In this document: positions 8,490-18,004 of the stretch, piece by piece
How positions within the stretch are numbered: the first letter of the stretch is position 1
How the letters are laid out: the number at the start of each line of letters is the position of its first letter
Virus record (IMG/VR): IMGVR_UViG_3300028591_000013
Span: 39,569-103,568 of that record
Source: a virus
Lineage: Duplodnaviria; Caudoviricetes
Length of the DNA: 64,000 nt
Reading direction: 5' to 3' (one strand)
The notes under the pieces: generated by a model
Told to the model about the DNA's origin: nothing
The model's database searches: none
Seen by the model: only the letters and a program-made list of their open reading frames with translations
Program-made: the position numbers and the translations under genes

Positions 8490-10735
8490 ACGACATAAAT
8501 GATACATATGTCCTCTCGGCTCGGACGTTGCCATAAAAAATTACTACAATTCTCTCTTCAGGCTGGCTACTGTCATTATTGGCTGTACAAGATATAGTGT
8601 TTCTTATTTTGTTCTTAATCTGGTTGTGCTATGCATATGGGAAGCGCGTTTACTTTACACACATAGTTATCAATATATTCCTCATACATCCCCTGCGAAC
8701 AGGTCGTGAAAGTCATGATAACGGAGGGCCAAACGGTATGGCACAGAATATCCATCAGTGTGAAAGGACCAAAAGCGCTAAATGCCAAGATGTGCAATCA
8801 AGCACCAAAAACGAAACACAATATTGAGTTTGGTAATATTTTGTCGAATCATATTTCCCATGCGGTACTAATCCGACGGAAGTTTGTTCGTTGGCAGCAT
8901 TCCATTGACTAATGCTCAAGGCAAAATTTCAATATTGGCTACTGTTCATAGAACTCAATAAAGTGCAGTTGGTTTTCGAGTATTTACCAAATATTTCTAA
9001 AACTTACTGCCTTACTGTTGTGACCCGGTCTTGCGATACCGAGTTAGGCACAGCTACCCCTGTTCTGGTTTTAAAGTGGTCAGAACAATCAATACCCCAC
9101 CGTTTAGTTTATCAGCTTTTGGCATCTCAGGCTAAATCTAACCTGTTCATTATCGGACATGACCTAGGAGCTCCAAAACTCCATCATGGATCTACGGCTT
9201 TTTACTGTACATTCAGCTTTGCTGCTGGCTTCTGTTTATAGTGCACGAATACTGGAGGAATTCCACCTCATACGCTATAAGATTTATCACCCACTTAATG
9301 TTCCGCTTCATCGGTTTGCAGTAGTACTAACTCCATTACAGAGGTTTCATACTGTTCACTTTACCCCTCCGAGACAGGGAGGTGACTTCACTTCGCGATA
9401 AGCTGCCTTGCATCGTTTGCGTATATTGCTTCATAGACTAAGCCGATTAGTTAGATTTGCAGTCTAACCCCTAACTATTATCTATCCTGCTACTTGCTTC
9501 TCAGGAACGGTTGGCACTCGGTTCTCTATCATACGTCTAAAATGGCTATGTTTCTTCAATACAACAGAAGGACACTTTTCTAAGGCGTTGAACATAACGT
9601 AATAGATTTCATAGAGGGACATCCAATTTTGTTTAATAATGTTAATTATCACACACTCGATTATTTTCACATAGTTTATCCTTATGCAATCAAGCTATAC
9701 CGCACATGAGTTTACTACTCTCACTGATATAGTACAGCAGTGTTGCGAACTATGTTATTATCTTCTCGTGTCGAGCGATCTCCGTATATACTGGAGTGTA
9801 TAAACTTCGAATCGACCCTAATGTAAGTTTGAATACTTGAGTTTTGACTGTCAGGTTGTCATCCTTCGACTCCAGCATTTCCTCTGGTACATCTCCAATC
9901 TATATTACTTAACTATCGCTTACCATAGTCTTTCATAACTTTAGAATAGTCTTACTCGCGGACTTCACTCGCGTGGCATTCAAGCATCAATGCCCTACTT
10001 CGCCATAGGTAGCGCCATCTACCTAGCGGTCATTTTCTCTTTTATATACCGAATAAACGACCAAAAGCTCATCGGTTGTCTTCATCACATTTTCCTCAGT
10101 ACCCCATCCCCGGTGACCCAGTGGGACCGTAGCCTCAAAGGTGGTCATCTAGTAATCGAAACTAGAAGGATTTCTTCAAGGACCGTAGTTACGGTACGGC
10201 GTAGATTGTCAAGCCATCTACTTGGCTAATATGCTCAGACTCGTCCCTCAATGCAGGTTTTGGAGACCTGTGACACTAGACTACAGCTAATTGTGAATTG
10301 ATACATCATCCTACGTTGTGGCATATTTCGGATGTTCAGCTCGTGTAACGTGATTTTACTACTATGTATCATTATAGTAAATCTATCGATACGGTTCAGT
10401 TTAGAGCTACTTTGAGATTACTCTCATTTCGTTTTACTCTGTGCGTCTTCCTTACTAATATCCCTCACTTCACGAGTCTGGCAAACGCATAAAGAACGTT
10501 GCTGGTATATATTAGTGTTGGGGTCTGATACAGACGCTCTCCCCACTTACTATGAACTTTTCTGTGTAGAGTATAGTTACACATCATAGCATTTCATCCT
10601 ACCTTTTGGGTTTCTCACCTGTTGAGCAGGCTAACATATTCTCGGATCAAGTATATACTCTTGCGCGCCCGGCTAATGAGACCGTTTACATGGCGCTGAC
10701 GGGTTGCCAAAACTGGCTAGGAAGCCAGTGAATCC
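8490..10735 (-). ncRNA. Candidate large structured non-coding RNA (about 2.2 kb)
   Basis: No credible ORF in either code (for example minus-strand TAA stops in all three frames within 9004-9046) and many short perfect hairpins. Strand is assumed from the flanking genes. Confidence 0.55.
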
Positions 10736-11230
10736 TCACTGGCCTCCCACCCCGGAGTGATTGTCGTTTTTGGAGTATACAATCTCATCGTCGACAATGA
10801 GCTGTATAGATGTAGCTTTAGAAGCTACAACAGAGTCCTTGGGCTGCTCCTCACGACCCATTGTACTGTTGTTACTCAGAGCAAGCTTCATACTGTCTGG
10901 ATTGACAGCCAAAGGATGCATTCCTGAGTCACGTGCTGTAGTACGATCAGCAACGTCTTTATAACGAGTCTTCCAACGTATTTTGGTTTCCCATCGTACG
11001 CTATCAATGATATTGATAGAGTCTTTGACCTTGGGAGATTCGCGCGAGAGTCTCTTATCCAGATCGAACTGGACGTCGAGTGGCAATCCTGGTCTATCGA
11101 AAACGATAGGCTGTGGCACAGGTTGCGCCATCGCGACCTTGTTGCTAGGGAACTGGAAGTTCTGAAACGCGGTTGCACAACCGAGAATCATCATAGCAAC
11201 GCAACAGATAATTGTTGTTAATCGTCTCAT
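10736..11230 (-). CDS. Hypothetical exported/lipoprotein-like protein
   Basis: N-terminal signal peptide MRRLTTIICCVAMMILGC. Confidence 0.7.
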   Translation of the reverse strand: MRRLTTIICCVAMMILGCATAFQNFQFPSNKVAMAQPVPQPIVFDRPGLPLDVQFDLDKRLSRESPKVKDSINIIDSVRWETKIRWKTRYKDVADRTTARDSGMHPLAVNPDSMKLALSNNSTMGREEQPKDSVVASKATSIQLIVDDEIVYSKNDNHSGVGGQ

Positions 11231-11307
11231 ACTTTGATAGCATTACTAGGCGAATACATAATCGCGAATTCCGCGGACAAAAGGCGTAACGCGCTCCTTA
11301 ATCCGCT

Positions 11308-12735
11308 TTATGAGTTTTTTGACTCGCCCTCACTTTCATCGGCCTTCTTCTCTACAGTGCCAAATTCGATAAGATTGCTCTCAGAGTAATCATCGCTCTT
11401 AGCAAGAGGAGAACTGAACATATTCAGGATAATACCAGCACGCTGCTGAACGTTCAACAGAGCAGACTCAAACTCCAGCTCAGGAATCTCCACATCACTG
11501 TAATAAGTGTTGAAGATCTCCTTCTTTATAGCGCAAGCACTAATATAATTAGCGTTGGTCTTATCGTTATAAATAGCGATGAAGTTGTCTACAACGTCGA
11601 ACGACGGGTCTGTTACCAGAGAGATCATACCAGTGAAGTGTGCAATAGCACTCTTCAGACCAGCAATCTTCTTGGTCTCAGTTTCGATACCCTTGGCATT
11701 AGCCTTCTCATCCTTCTTCAGGACTTTGATGTTCTCTTCCTTAGCCTTTATGGCTTCACTCATCTCTGCGTTCTTTGCAGAAACATACCATACGATAAGC
11801 ACGCGAACCAACGATGCAATCGTCGCATCATCATACTTATACTGCTTGGTCTTCTTATTGTAGAGACAGTTCTTGAATCCACAGAAGGCAGGAATAACAC
11901 TGTTAGCATCTTCTGCGAGAGTGCACAGACGCTTGCCGAATCCCGTAAGCACAAAGGTCGGTTTGACCATTGTAATAACGTCCTGAAGGAGAGCAGCGAG
12001 ATCGAGCTCGTGCACCTTAGCAAGTTCAGCTTCCGAGTTCTCGGCATTAGAGGCGCGGAATTCCTTATAGGATCTGTAGAACTGAGCTGTTGTGATAAGA
12101 CGCTCAATCGGATTAGTGATCGCGGGGTTAAGGAGTTGAAACTCAAGCGCCTCCTTCAACTGATCATCAGTCTCAATCTTAGTGTGGTCCTTGGTATAAT
12201 CCTTATTCTTAGCGTTCTCTATCGCAGCATGTTCAGCTTTCTTCTTCTCCTTTGCCTCTTTGGTTATATTCTTATCTTCGATCTGCAACATCACCTGATT
12301 AGGTGCTGCACTAAGACCAGCCTGTGCGAGCTGTTCTTTCGTAGGCTTCGGAAGGGACTCATAGCTGGGTACGTTAACACCCATGTCCTTTGCAAGAGGT
12401 ACAAATACACCCTCATAGTTAGCCTTATTGATAGTAAGAATACTTCCAACTGGGTTCTTGCGAATCACTACCTCTGTTAAAGTAGTGTCAAGAAACAGAG
12501 CATCCTCAAGAAGCGTAAGAGCCTTATACTTCTCAGGGTTGTTCTCATTATTCTTCAGCATCTCATCCTTTCTATGCTGAGCATACCCGATCATGTCAGC
12601 TTTGTGATTCTGATCAAGACCGCTGGGAATACCAGGGATCTCAACCTTTGCCTCAGTAGTAGCAGGAACAGTATCTTCCTTCTTTTCTACCACAGGAGCT
12701 TCTACTTCGGGCATTTTTTTCTTGTCTTTTGCCAT
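11308..12735 (-). CDS. Hypothetical protein
   Basis: 475-aa ORF with TATCAAAA before the ATG. Confidence 0.8.
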   Translation of the reverse strand: MAKDKKKMPEVEAPVVEKKEDTVPATTEAKVEIPGIPSGLDQNHKADMIGYAQHRKDEMLKNNENNPEKYKALTLLEDALFLDTTLTEVVIRKNPVGSILTINKANYEGVFVPLAKDMGVNVPSYESLPKPTKEQLAQAGLSAAPNQVMLQIEDKNITKEAKEKKKAEHAAIENAKNKDYTKDHTKIETDDQLKEALEFQLLNPAITNPIERLITTAQFYRSYKEFRASNAENSEAELAKVHELDLAALLQDVITMVKPTFVLTGFGKRLCTLAEDANSVIPAFCGFKNCLYNKKTKQYKYDDATIASLVRVLIVWYVSAKNAEMSEAIKAKEENIKVLKKDEKANAKGIETETKKIAGLKSAIAHFTGMISLVTDPSFDVVDNFIAIYNDKTNANYISACAIKKEIFNTYYSDVEIPELEFESALLNVQQRAGIILNMFSSPLAKSDDYSESNLIEFGTVEKKADESEGESKNS

Positions 12736-12832
12736 TTTTGATAAATGTTTGATGTTAATTACTTAGGATTGGCTAAATCCCTTAACTGTAGCCATAATCT
12801 TTTTGGGTGTGTTCTGATGTGTGACTTGTCAG

Positions 12833-13219
12833 TCATGAATCATTAAAGAACATTTGCCAAGTTGGTTGTCCACGAGCAGATGTGTGGACTTTACTCAAGA
12901 CATTGTTGCTCAGATTGACATAATCATCCTTACTCACAGGCTTCGGGGATTTCTCCCGCAGGGTTGCTGAAAGAGCAACGTCTGTCACTGTGGTAAATAC
13001 GCACGGCGTACCTTCCAGCACCTGTGTGGGCATAGTGTCAATCATAACAACTTTGTCTTGTTTCTTTTCGCTGCTCATTGTATTAGACACGATAGTGCCT
13101 GCAACAAATGCTCCTGTAAAAGAGATGAACAGCTTCCAGAACAGCGCCTCATCGCGGTTATAGCGAGCTATACCGATACATGTAGCCAGTCCTGCTAAGA
13201 ACCAAAATAAAGTCATCAT
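12833..13219 (-). CDS. Small membrane protein immediately downstream of the sigma factor
   Basis: Two N-terminal hydrophobic helices; start overlaps the sigma stop codon. Confidence 0.65.
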   Translation of the reverse strand: MMTLFWFLAGLATCIGIARYNRDEALFWKLFISFTGAFVAGTIVSNTMSSEKKQDKVVMIDTMPTQVLEGTPCVFTTVTDVALSATLREKSPKPVSKDDYVNLSNNVLSKVHTSARGQPTWQMFFNDS

Positions 13220-13782
13220 AATTTTAATTTTTTTAATTGTTTACGTCTCCGAGAGAGATGTGATTTTATCGTACCCTCTGGGATTTTGAGAATATTACTA
13301 ATCTCACTTACTGTTAAGTTGTCTATGTAATGCAGTTCGAAGACTTTACGGACGTCTTCTGGGAACCGATTAAACTCTTCGAGTATTTGATTATAGGTAA
13401 TCTCGTCGACGGTGGATTCCCCATAATCTACTTCCTGAGCGATATCAAAGACACAAGGTCCTGAACTCTCAGGCACACACACGGTTGGTTTAAGTTTACG
13501 CAGATAATCAACAGCAGTACGGTTAGTCAGCACACGTAGCCATCCTCCAAATGAGGAATAGTCTACGAATTTAGAGAGTTTTTTGTAAACCTTATCCCAG
13601 ACAATATTGTTAATCTCTCTGGCCTCATCGTAATCTTTGAGGTATTTGTACAAAATGTTCGTTGTGAACTTCTCATACTTATGATAAAGTTTATCAAACG
13701 CAGGCATGTAGCCTGCTTGAGCACTTTTGATAAGAGCTATTTCTTCTTCAGTAATCTTCGGATTCTTAGCCATATCAAACAA
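13216..13782 (-). CDS. ECF-type sigma-70 family RNA polymerase sigma factor
   Basis: Region 2 AFDKLYHKY...SFGGWLRVLTNRTAVDYLRK; region 4 RKVFELHYIDNLTVSEISNILKIPEGTIKSHLSRRRKQL. Confidence 0.9.
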   Translation of the reverse strand: MFDMAKNPKITEEEIALIKSAQAGYMPAFDKLYHKYEKFTTNILYKYLKDYDEAREINNIVWDKVYKKLSKFVDYSSFGGWLRVLTNRTAVDYLRKLKPTVCVPESSGPCVFDIAQEVDYGESTVDEITYNQILEEFNRFPEDVRKVFELHYIDNLTVSEISNILKIPEGTIKSHLSRRRKQLKKLKL

Positions 13783-13831
13783 ATTTAACCGGTTATTAAG
13801 GTGTCACTCCTGTAACAGACGGTGCTGTATT

Positions 13832-13906
13832 GCGCCAATACCAGATTCGAACTGATATATACATACCCTAGGATACGTATGTTTTGCTCTATTAAACTAA
13901 TCGACT
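13832..13906 (-). tRNA. tRNA-like element or pseudo-tRNA, anticodon undetermined
   Basis: T arm ATCAG-TTCGAAT-CTGGT, D stem GTTT/AAAC, weak acceptor stem, irregular anticodon arm ACATAC-GTATCCTAGG-GTATGT. Confidence 0.5.
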
Positions 13907-14034
13907 CGGTGATTACTATTTCACCTATTGCGCAATTTGAGTAGCGGGTAAGGTACACACCATTAAATCACACTCTTTCAGTGATGCTACTCATTGTGGG
14001 CTGTTGCTATCAAAAGCTACCTAGAAGGACAGCC

Positions 14035-14511
14035 CTAGAATGGAAGATCCTCATTTACAACAAGAATATTCTCATTCCGTAAATTTTCACAAAGATTCAT
14101 ATGTATCCTAGTTGCAATATATTTGTTTACACGGCCTTTATCAACCAGTCCATATAACATACTTGTTGCAATTCTCAATCGCACATCAAGTGTTTGATAG
14201 GATTGTATTCCTATCTCTAATGTTATTTTCCTGTTGACCCATTTTAGCCAGTATGCTAATTTTGGTTCAGACCATATTGCTTCTATTATATCATAAGAAT
14301 CCTCGTCATCATTAAATAGAGTTACCATTCTAGTGGTATTAGCTACGCCAACTGAACCTTGATTGTATGCGATGCGCAGCTGGTCATAGATATCACTTGG
14401 TTTCTCTACTTCGGGCAATAGTCCCATTTCGTAATAGGGACTCAAATAGTTGGTAAATACGCTTATCATATCTTTATATAAGATTTTCAAAGCTGTTGAT
14501 AAGGAAGTCAC
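14035..14511 (-). CDS. Hypothetical protein ending in EDLPF (TAG stop)
   Basis: 158-aa ORF; the SSB-like acidic DLPF tail supports TAG being a true stop here. Confidence 0.7.
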   Translation of the reverse strand: MTSLSTALKILYKDMISVFTNYLSPYYEMGLLPEVEKPSDIYDQLRIAYNQGSVGVANTTRMVTLFNDDEDSYDIIEAIWSEPKLAYWLKWVNRKITLEIGIQSYQTLDVRLRIATSMLYGLVDKGRVNKYIATRIHMNLCENLRNENILVVNEDLPF

Positions 14512-14968
14512 AAAGTTTGTTCACATAAGCATTTTTATGTTCACGTATTTTTTGATTATCCTTATTTGTGGGACAGAAATCTTTCAAATGCTCAGATATA
14601 ATTTTGAGCTTGATTTCAGTAATACTTTTCCCACATTTCTTAGAGATATCATACGTATTTTGTATATACGCATGATTTTTACTAAACCAGGATACCCACG
14701 TAACTACTGCGTTCCAGCGCTTCGTTTCATTTTCTGTGAAATTATCCCACAGAATAGTATCCTCAAACTTAAAACCTTCATTAGAATCTAATCCAAGCAA
14801 TGATCGAGTTGCTTTAAGTCGCTCTTTATTACTTTTATAAATCCAAATCCAGTTATTGTACACATGGTCAAGCCATGCATCTGTTACTTTACACCATTTT
14901 AATGCAAAGATGACAACCTTCGGAGTCCTATCACGAAGCATTTGTCGGTATCCTGTCTTTGTTATCAT
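14474..14968 (-). CDS. Hypothetical protein
   Basis: 164-aa ORF. Confidence 0.7.
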   Translation of the reverse strand: MITKTGYRQMLRDRTPKVVIFALKWCKVTDAWLDHVYNNWIWIYKSNKERLKATRSLLGLDSNEGFKFEDTILWDNFTENETKRWNAVVTWVSWFSKNHAYIQNTYDISKKCGKSITEIKLKIISEHLKDFCPTNKDNQKIREHKNAYVNKLCDFLINSFENLI

Positions 14969-15070
14969 TGTTATTTAATTAATCTCTTAAGAAAGTTCTT
15001 CTACACGGTCCCCTGCGACTTTTACATCAGGAACCAGCCTACCCTCCCAAGTTGCCCTCGAAGAACTATG

Positions 15071-15144
15071 TGGACCATGCAGGGCTTGAACCTGCGACCT
15101 CCAGATTATGAGTCTGTTGCTCTAACCAACTGAGCTAAAAGTCC
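15071..15144 (-). tRNA. tRNA with CAU anticodon (Met or lysidine-modified Ile2)
   Basis: GGACTTT...AGCTCAGTTGGTTAGAGC...CAGA-CTCATAA-TCTG...GCAGG-TTCAAGC-CCTGC-ATGGTCC-A. Confidence 0.9.
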
Positions 15145-15145
15145 A

Positions 15146-15440
15146 GATGCAGGCACTTAGGTAGCCTGCTCACCGACTTCACGCTGCCTCCTTGAGGCCC
15201 GTGTAGTCAACGATGTTCATATCGCCGTTTAATTTTATGTCAAAGCGCTTAATGTCTTTACTTCCTTCGCCCGTCAAAATCCTGTCGAGCCCGGAATGCC
15301 CACATGAGGCCTACGAGTGGGCTGCGTAGATAGTCACCCCTTATTCGCTCTATGTGACAGATAGAACTCGGGACTTGCCGTGGACCCGGAGGGATTCGAA
15401 CCCTCGTCCGAACGAAATACCTCAGACACGCTAAGATTTC
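15146..15440 (-). ncRNA. ssrA: Circularly permuted two-piece tmRNA; tag peptide (A)GDMNIVDYTGLKEAA
   Basis: Acceptor piece (..GGAC-GAGGG-TTCGAAT-CCCTC-CGGGTCC-A, 3' end at 15381) lies upstream of the coding piece (GGGCTCG-ACAGGATTTTGAC, 5' end at 15292). The 7-bp acceptor stem has G3:U70 and A73. Tag ORF at 15226-15179. Outer boundaries are approximate. Confidence 0.85.
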
Positions 15441-15653
15441 TTTAGTTGCAGCTTGTCAAATTGAGTATATGGTTAATACTACTCTGCAACCCAGCTGAAT
15501 CTCCCAATGATCAGTTGGAAAATCCAATTTAAGGCTATTTACAGGCTCTTTGACGCGTTTTCTAGCCTCTTGTGGGTAGCGAACCCACTCAAGGATATAC
15601 GACGCCTCAAATCGCTTATAACGTCACCTTAAATGTTCTACATTGACCATGCT

Positions 15654-16130
15654 CTGGCTCAAAGGCTCGCACATAGTATATAGTTCACATTCTTGATATG
15701 TTGTGCAGTGTCTATATCTCGTCAATGAGAATTCCTTCTAGGAGCACCGGCTCAAAGGCTCGCACACAACAGTGATTTGATCAAATGGTCCAATATATTT
15801 TAACAGCGTTGGCTCGCTGCTTACCTGCGGACACGTCTCGCGTAACATAGAAAGGAACTACTAGTTTCTATATAATGTACAAAAATTATATGTAGGCATA
15901 ACGCTCTCAACACACGCTTCCGGTAAAACCGCTTTGCTGGTGTATTTATCAGGTTAAATAACCATTTTGAATTCTTATACAAATATATATCCACTAGTAG
16001 TATAATTTCCTTTCTCATACTCTGGCTCTAGTCCAGAATGTCGTTTCATTCGTTTTCACAGACAGGGCCCTCCCATGGTCCGTCCATTCGTTCACATCTG
16101 TCTACAGGTACTGGCTCAAAGGCTCGGACC
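15654..16130 (-). repeat. Dispersed CGAGCCTTTGAGCC repeats, mostly in stem-loops
   Basis: Identical 14-mer at 15656-15669, 15749-15762 and 16113-16126; half sites at about 15544, 15811 and 16024. Confidence 0.8.
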
Positions 16131-16141
16131 TGTTGCAGGAT

Positions 16142-16636
16142 TTATCGTGCTCCATCGCGAATAGCGGAATTCGCGCGAACGAAGATATCGTCCCAGCTCA
16201 TACCATACCACTCACCATAGGTCTTCTGCAGTTCACGCAGACGGGTGCGGCGGGCATCAGCGCAGTCGTTGATCTTCTTCGTACCATCCTTGCCGATCTT
16301 GGCGATAGCGTCCTCATACTGAACAGGCGTAGATTCACCCTTCATGAGCTTCTCTACTTCAGCCTTCTGGGTCTTCAGCATCTCCTTCAGGACGTCGGCA
16401 GTCTCTTCAGCATACTTGAAATCGATGTGACAGTGGAGGTTCTGATAGTTCGCCTTCTTGATCTTGCGCATCAGCTCATCAGCGCGGCGCTCCTTCTCTT
16501 CCTTCTCCATCTTCTCGGTGGCCATGTCGAGGACCTCCTGGTCCATCATGTTAGCCTTCTTCAAACTCTCGTCGAGATTACTGGTGGTTACTTCGGCAAT
16601 CTGCATGCCGTTCTTCTTGTCATTCTTGTTTGCCAT
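16142..16636 (-). CDS. Hypothetical coiled-coil protein
   Basis: 164-aa ORF with biased codon usage and TATCAAAA upstream. Confidence 0.75.
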   Translation of the reverse strand: MANKNDKKNGMQIAEVTTSNLDESLKKANMMDQEVLDMATEKMEKEEKERRADELMRKIKKANYQNLHCHIDFKYAEETADVLKEMLKTQKAEVEKLMKGESTPVQYEDAIAKIGKDGTKKINDCADARRTRLRELQKTYGEWYGMSWDDIFVRANSAIRDGAR

Positions 16637-16679
16637 AATTTTTGATAAATTTTAGTTGTTATTACTGTGGGTTTCCCCA

Positions 16680-16814
16680 TTATTTAAATCTCCTTGGTTC
16701 CCTTGAGATTTCGATTTCTATCTCAATCTCTGTGCGTTTACGCTTATAGGGAATTGCATTTTGATGGCGCTGGCCTTTTTTACCAACGAACACTTTTCGA
16801 TAGGTTCTAGACAT
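16680..16814 (-). CDS. Small basic protein (MSRTYRK...)
   Basis: 44-aa hand-translated ORF whose ATG overlaps the end of the upstream gene. Confidence 0.5.
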   Translation of the reverse strand: MSRTYRKVFVGKKGQRHQNAIPYKRKRTEIEIEIEISREPRRFK

Positions 16815-17298
16815 TCCACAGATCGCTGCTTATGTTCAATACGATGTGATAAATCTCATCGTTAAACCCTGTCTCGCGACGCACTTTGTCGCCCACACGA
16901 GACATCGCGTAGTCTCTTTTGAGGATTTTTACAGCCTCTAAGAGTTGTGGATTGTTTTCCTTTCGGATGGCGTCACAGAACTTTACCGCAAAATCTGCAG
17001 CAAAGTGACTAACAGACTTGTTGATACTATCTTTGCAGATACCTGCAATATATGTAACAGCAAGTTCTTGCTCAGTCAGATTTTCCTCACTTTTGTAAAA
17101 GTGCTGGCTGATAACTCCTGACGCGGGTTTTGCTGCAATTGCTTGTACCAACTCTTTTTCGTTTACGAAATAGATAGATACTTCTTTTTGACAATTACAG
17201 CATCCTGACTGTGCCAAGGTATCACAGATGTGTGACTTTGTCATATCATCTGGTTCTGCACCATCATAGGTTATTACAAGTGCTACTTTTCTACCCAT
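16807..17298 (-). CDS. Hypothetical protein (TAG stop)
   Basis: 163-aa ORF. Confidence 0.7.
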   Translation of the reverse strand: MGRKVALVITYDGAEPDDMTKSHICDTLAQSGCCNCQKEVSIYFVNEKELVQAIAAKPASGVISQHFYKSEENLTEQELAVTYIAGICKDSINKSVSHFAADFAVKFCDAIRKENNPQLLEAVKILKRDYAMSRVGDKVRRETGFNDEIYHIVLNISSDLWNV

Positions 17299-17301
17299 AA
17301 T

Positions 17302-17865
17302 TTACTCGTGGACGGTTGTTGTTATTGTTACTTTCTTACCATCTACAACAGTATCTTTACTGGTAGTAGTAGTCTTATTTACCCTGGTTGGCGGTGCCTC
17401 CGTCACCGTCGTTTTCTCTTCTTTGACTAATTCTACGGATGCAATCGGCTTGTTAGTAGAACTGTCTAGTTTAGTACTCGTATCCTTTGAACTCGGTAAG
17501 TTATTATAGTTCAGTATAGTAGGATGCGTGTACTCGTTGACTATTTCCTGCACTGTTACACTAGTTGATGTTCTCAATAGTACTGTGGACACTGCACGAA
17601 TAGCCTCTTCAGACATGGATAAGAAGATAGAATCCACGTTGTGTTTGGTAGCCATAGCTATCTGGAAGGCAACTACCTCGTCTGATGAAATCATCTGAGG
17701 GTTGATAGCGTTCTCTACAGACGTTTCAATGTCTGTAGGCTCAATAGGACCTTTGATGTAAGCACCAAGTCCATTCTCTGTGCAAGAGTTTACTCCTGCG
17801 AGCACGGCAATCGTGATGACTACCGATGCAAGGGCCATGAGGCCCCATTCAAGAATTTTGTTCAT
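17302..17865 (-). CDS. Hypothetical membrane/lipoprotein-like protein
   Basis: N-terminal hydrophobic helix ending in VNSC; Thr-rich tail. Confidence 0.7.
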   Translation of the reverse strand: MNKILEWGLMALASVVITIAVLAGVNSCTENGLGAYIKGPIEPTDIETSVENAINPQMISSDEVVAFQIAMATKHNVDSIFLSMSEEAIRAVSTVLLRTSTSVTVQEIVNEYTHPTILNYNNLPSSKDTSTKLDSSTNKPIASVELVKEEKTTVTEAPPTRVNKTTTTSKDTVVDGKKVTITTTVHE

Positions 17866-18004
17866 CGTTTGATACGAATTAAATTGTTAATAATTTATGT
17901 TAATTAAACCCAAAAAGATTCAATTTAAAATGTCCTACCAGATGTTTGACATTACATCTCCCAACCTCACGTACGCGAAGTACGCCCCTTAACCTCGGAC
18001 ATAG

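Noticed and set aside
8490-10735. Group I or group II intron, or the short track ORFs in this tract
   Set aside because: Both flanking genes are complete, no group II domain V or convincing group I P7 pairing was found, and the short ORFs are mostly antisense with no recognisable motifs or leaders.
11579-12480. Long antisense ORFs (also 16133-16645, 53397-54098, 60303-61502 and 62075-62923)
   Set aside because: These are shadow frames of codon-biased genes on the opposite strand and show no protein motifs.
15654-16130. CRISPR array
   Set aside because: The repeats are only 14 bp, spacing is irregular (93 and 364 bp start to start), and no cas genes are present.
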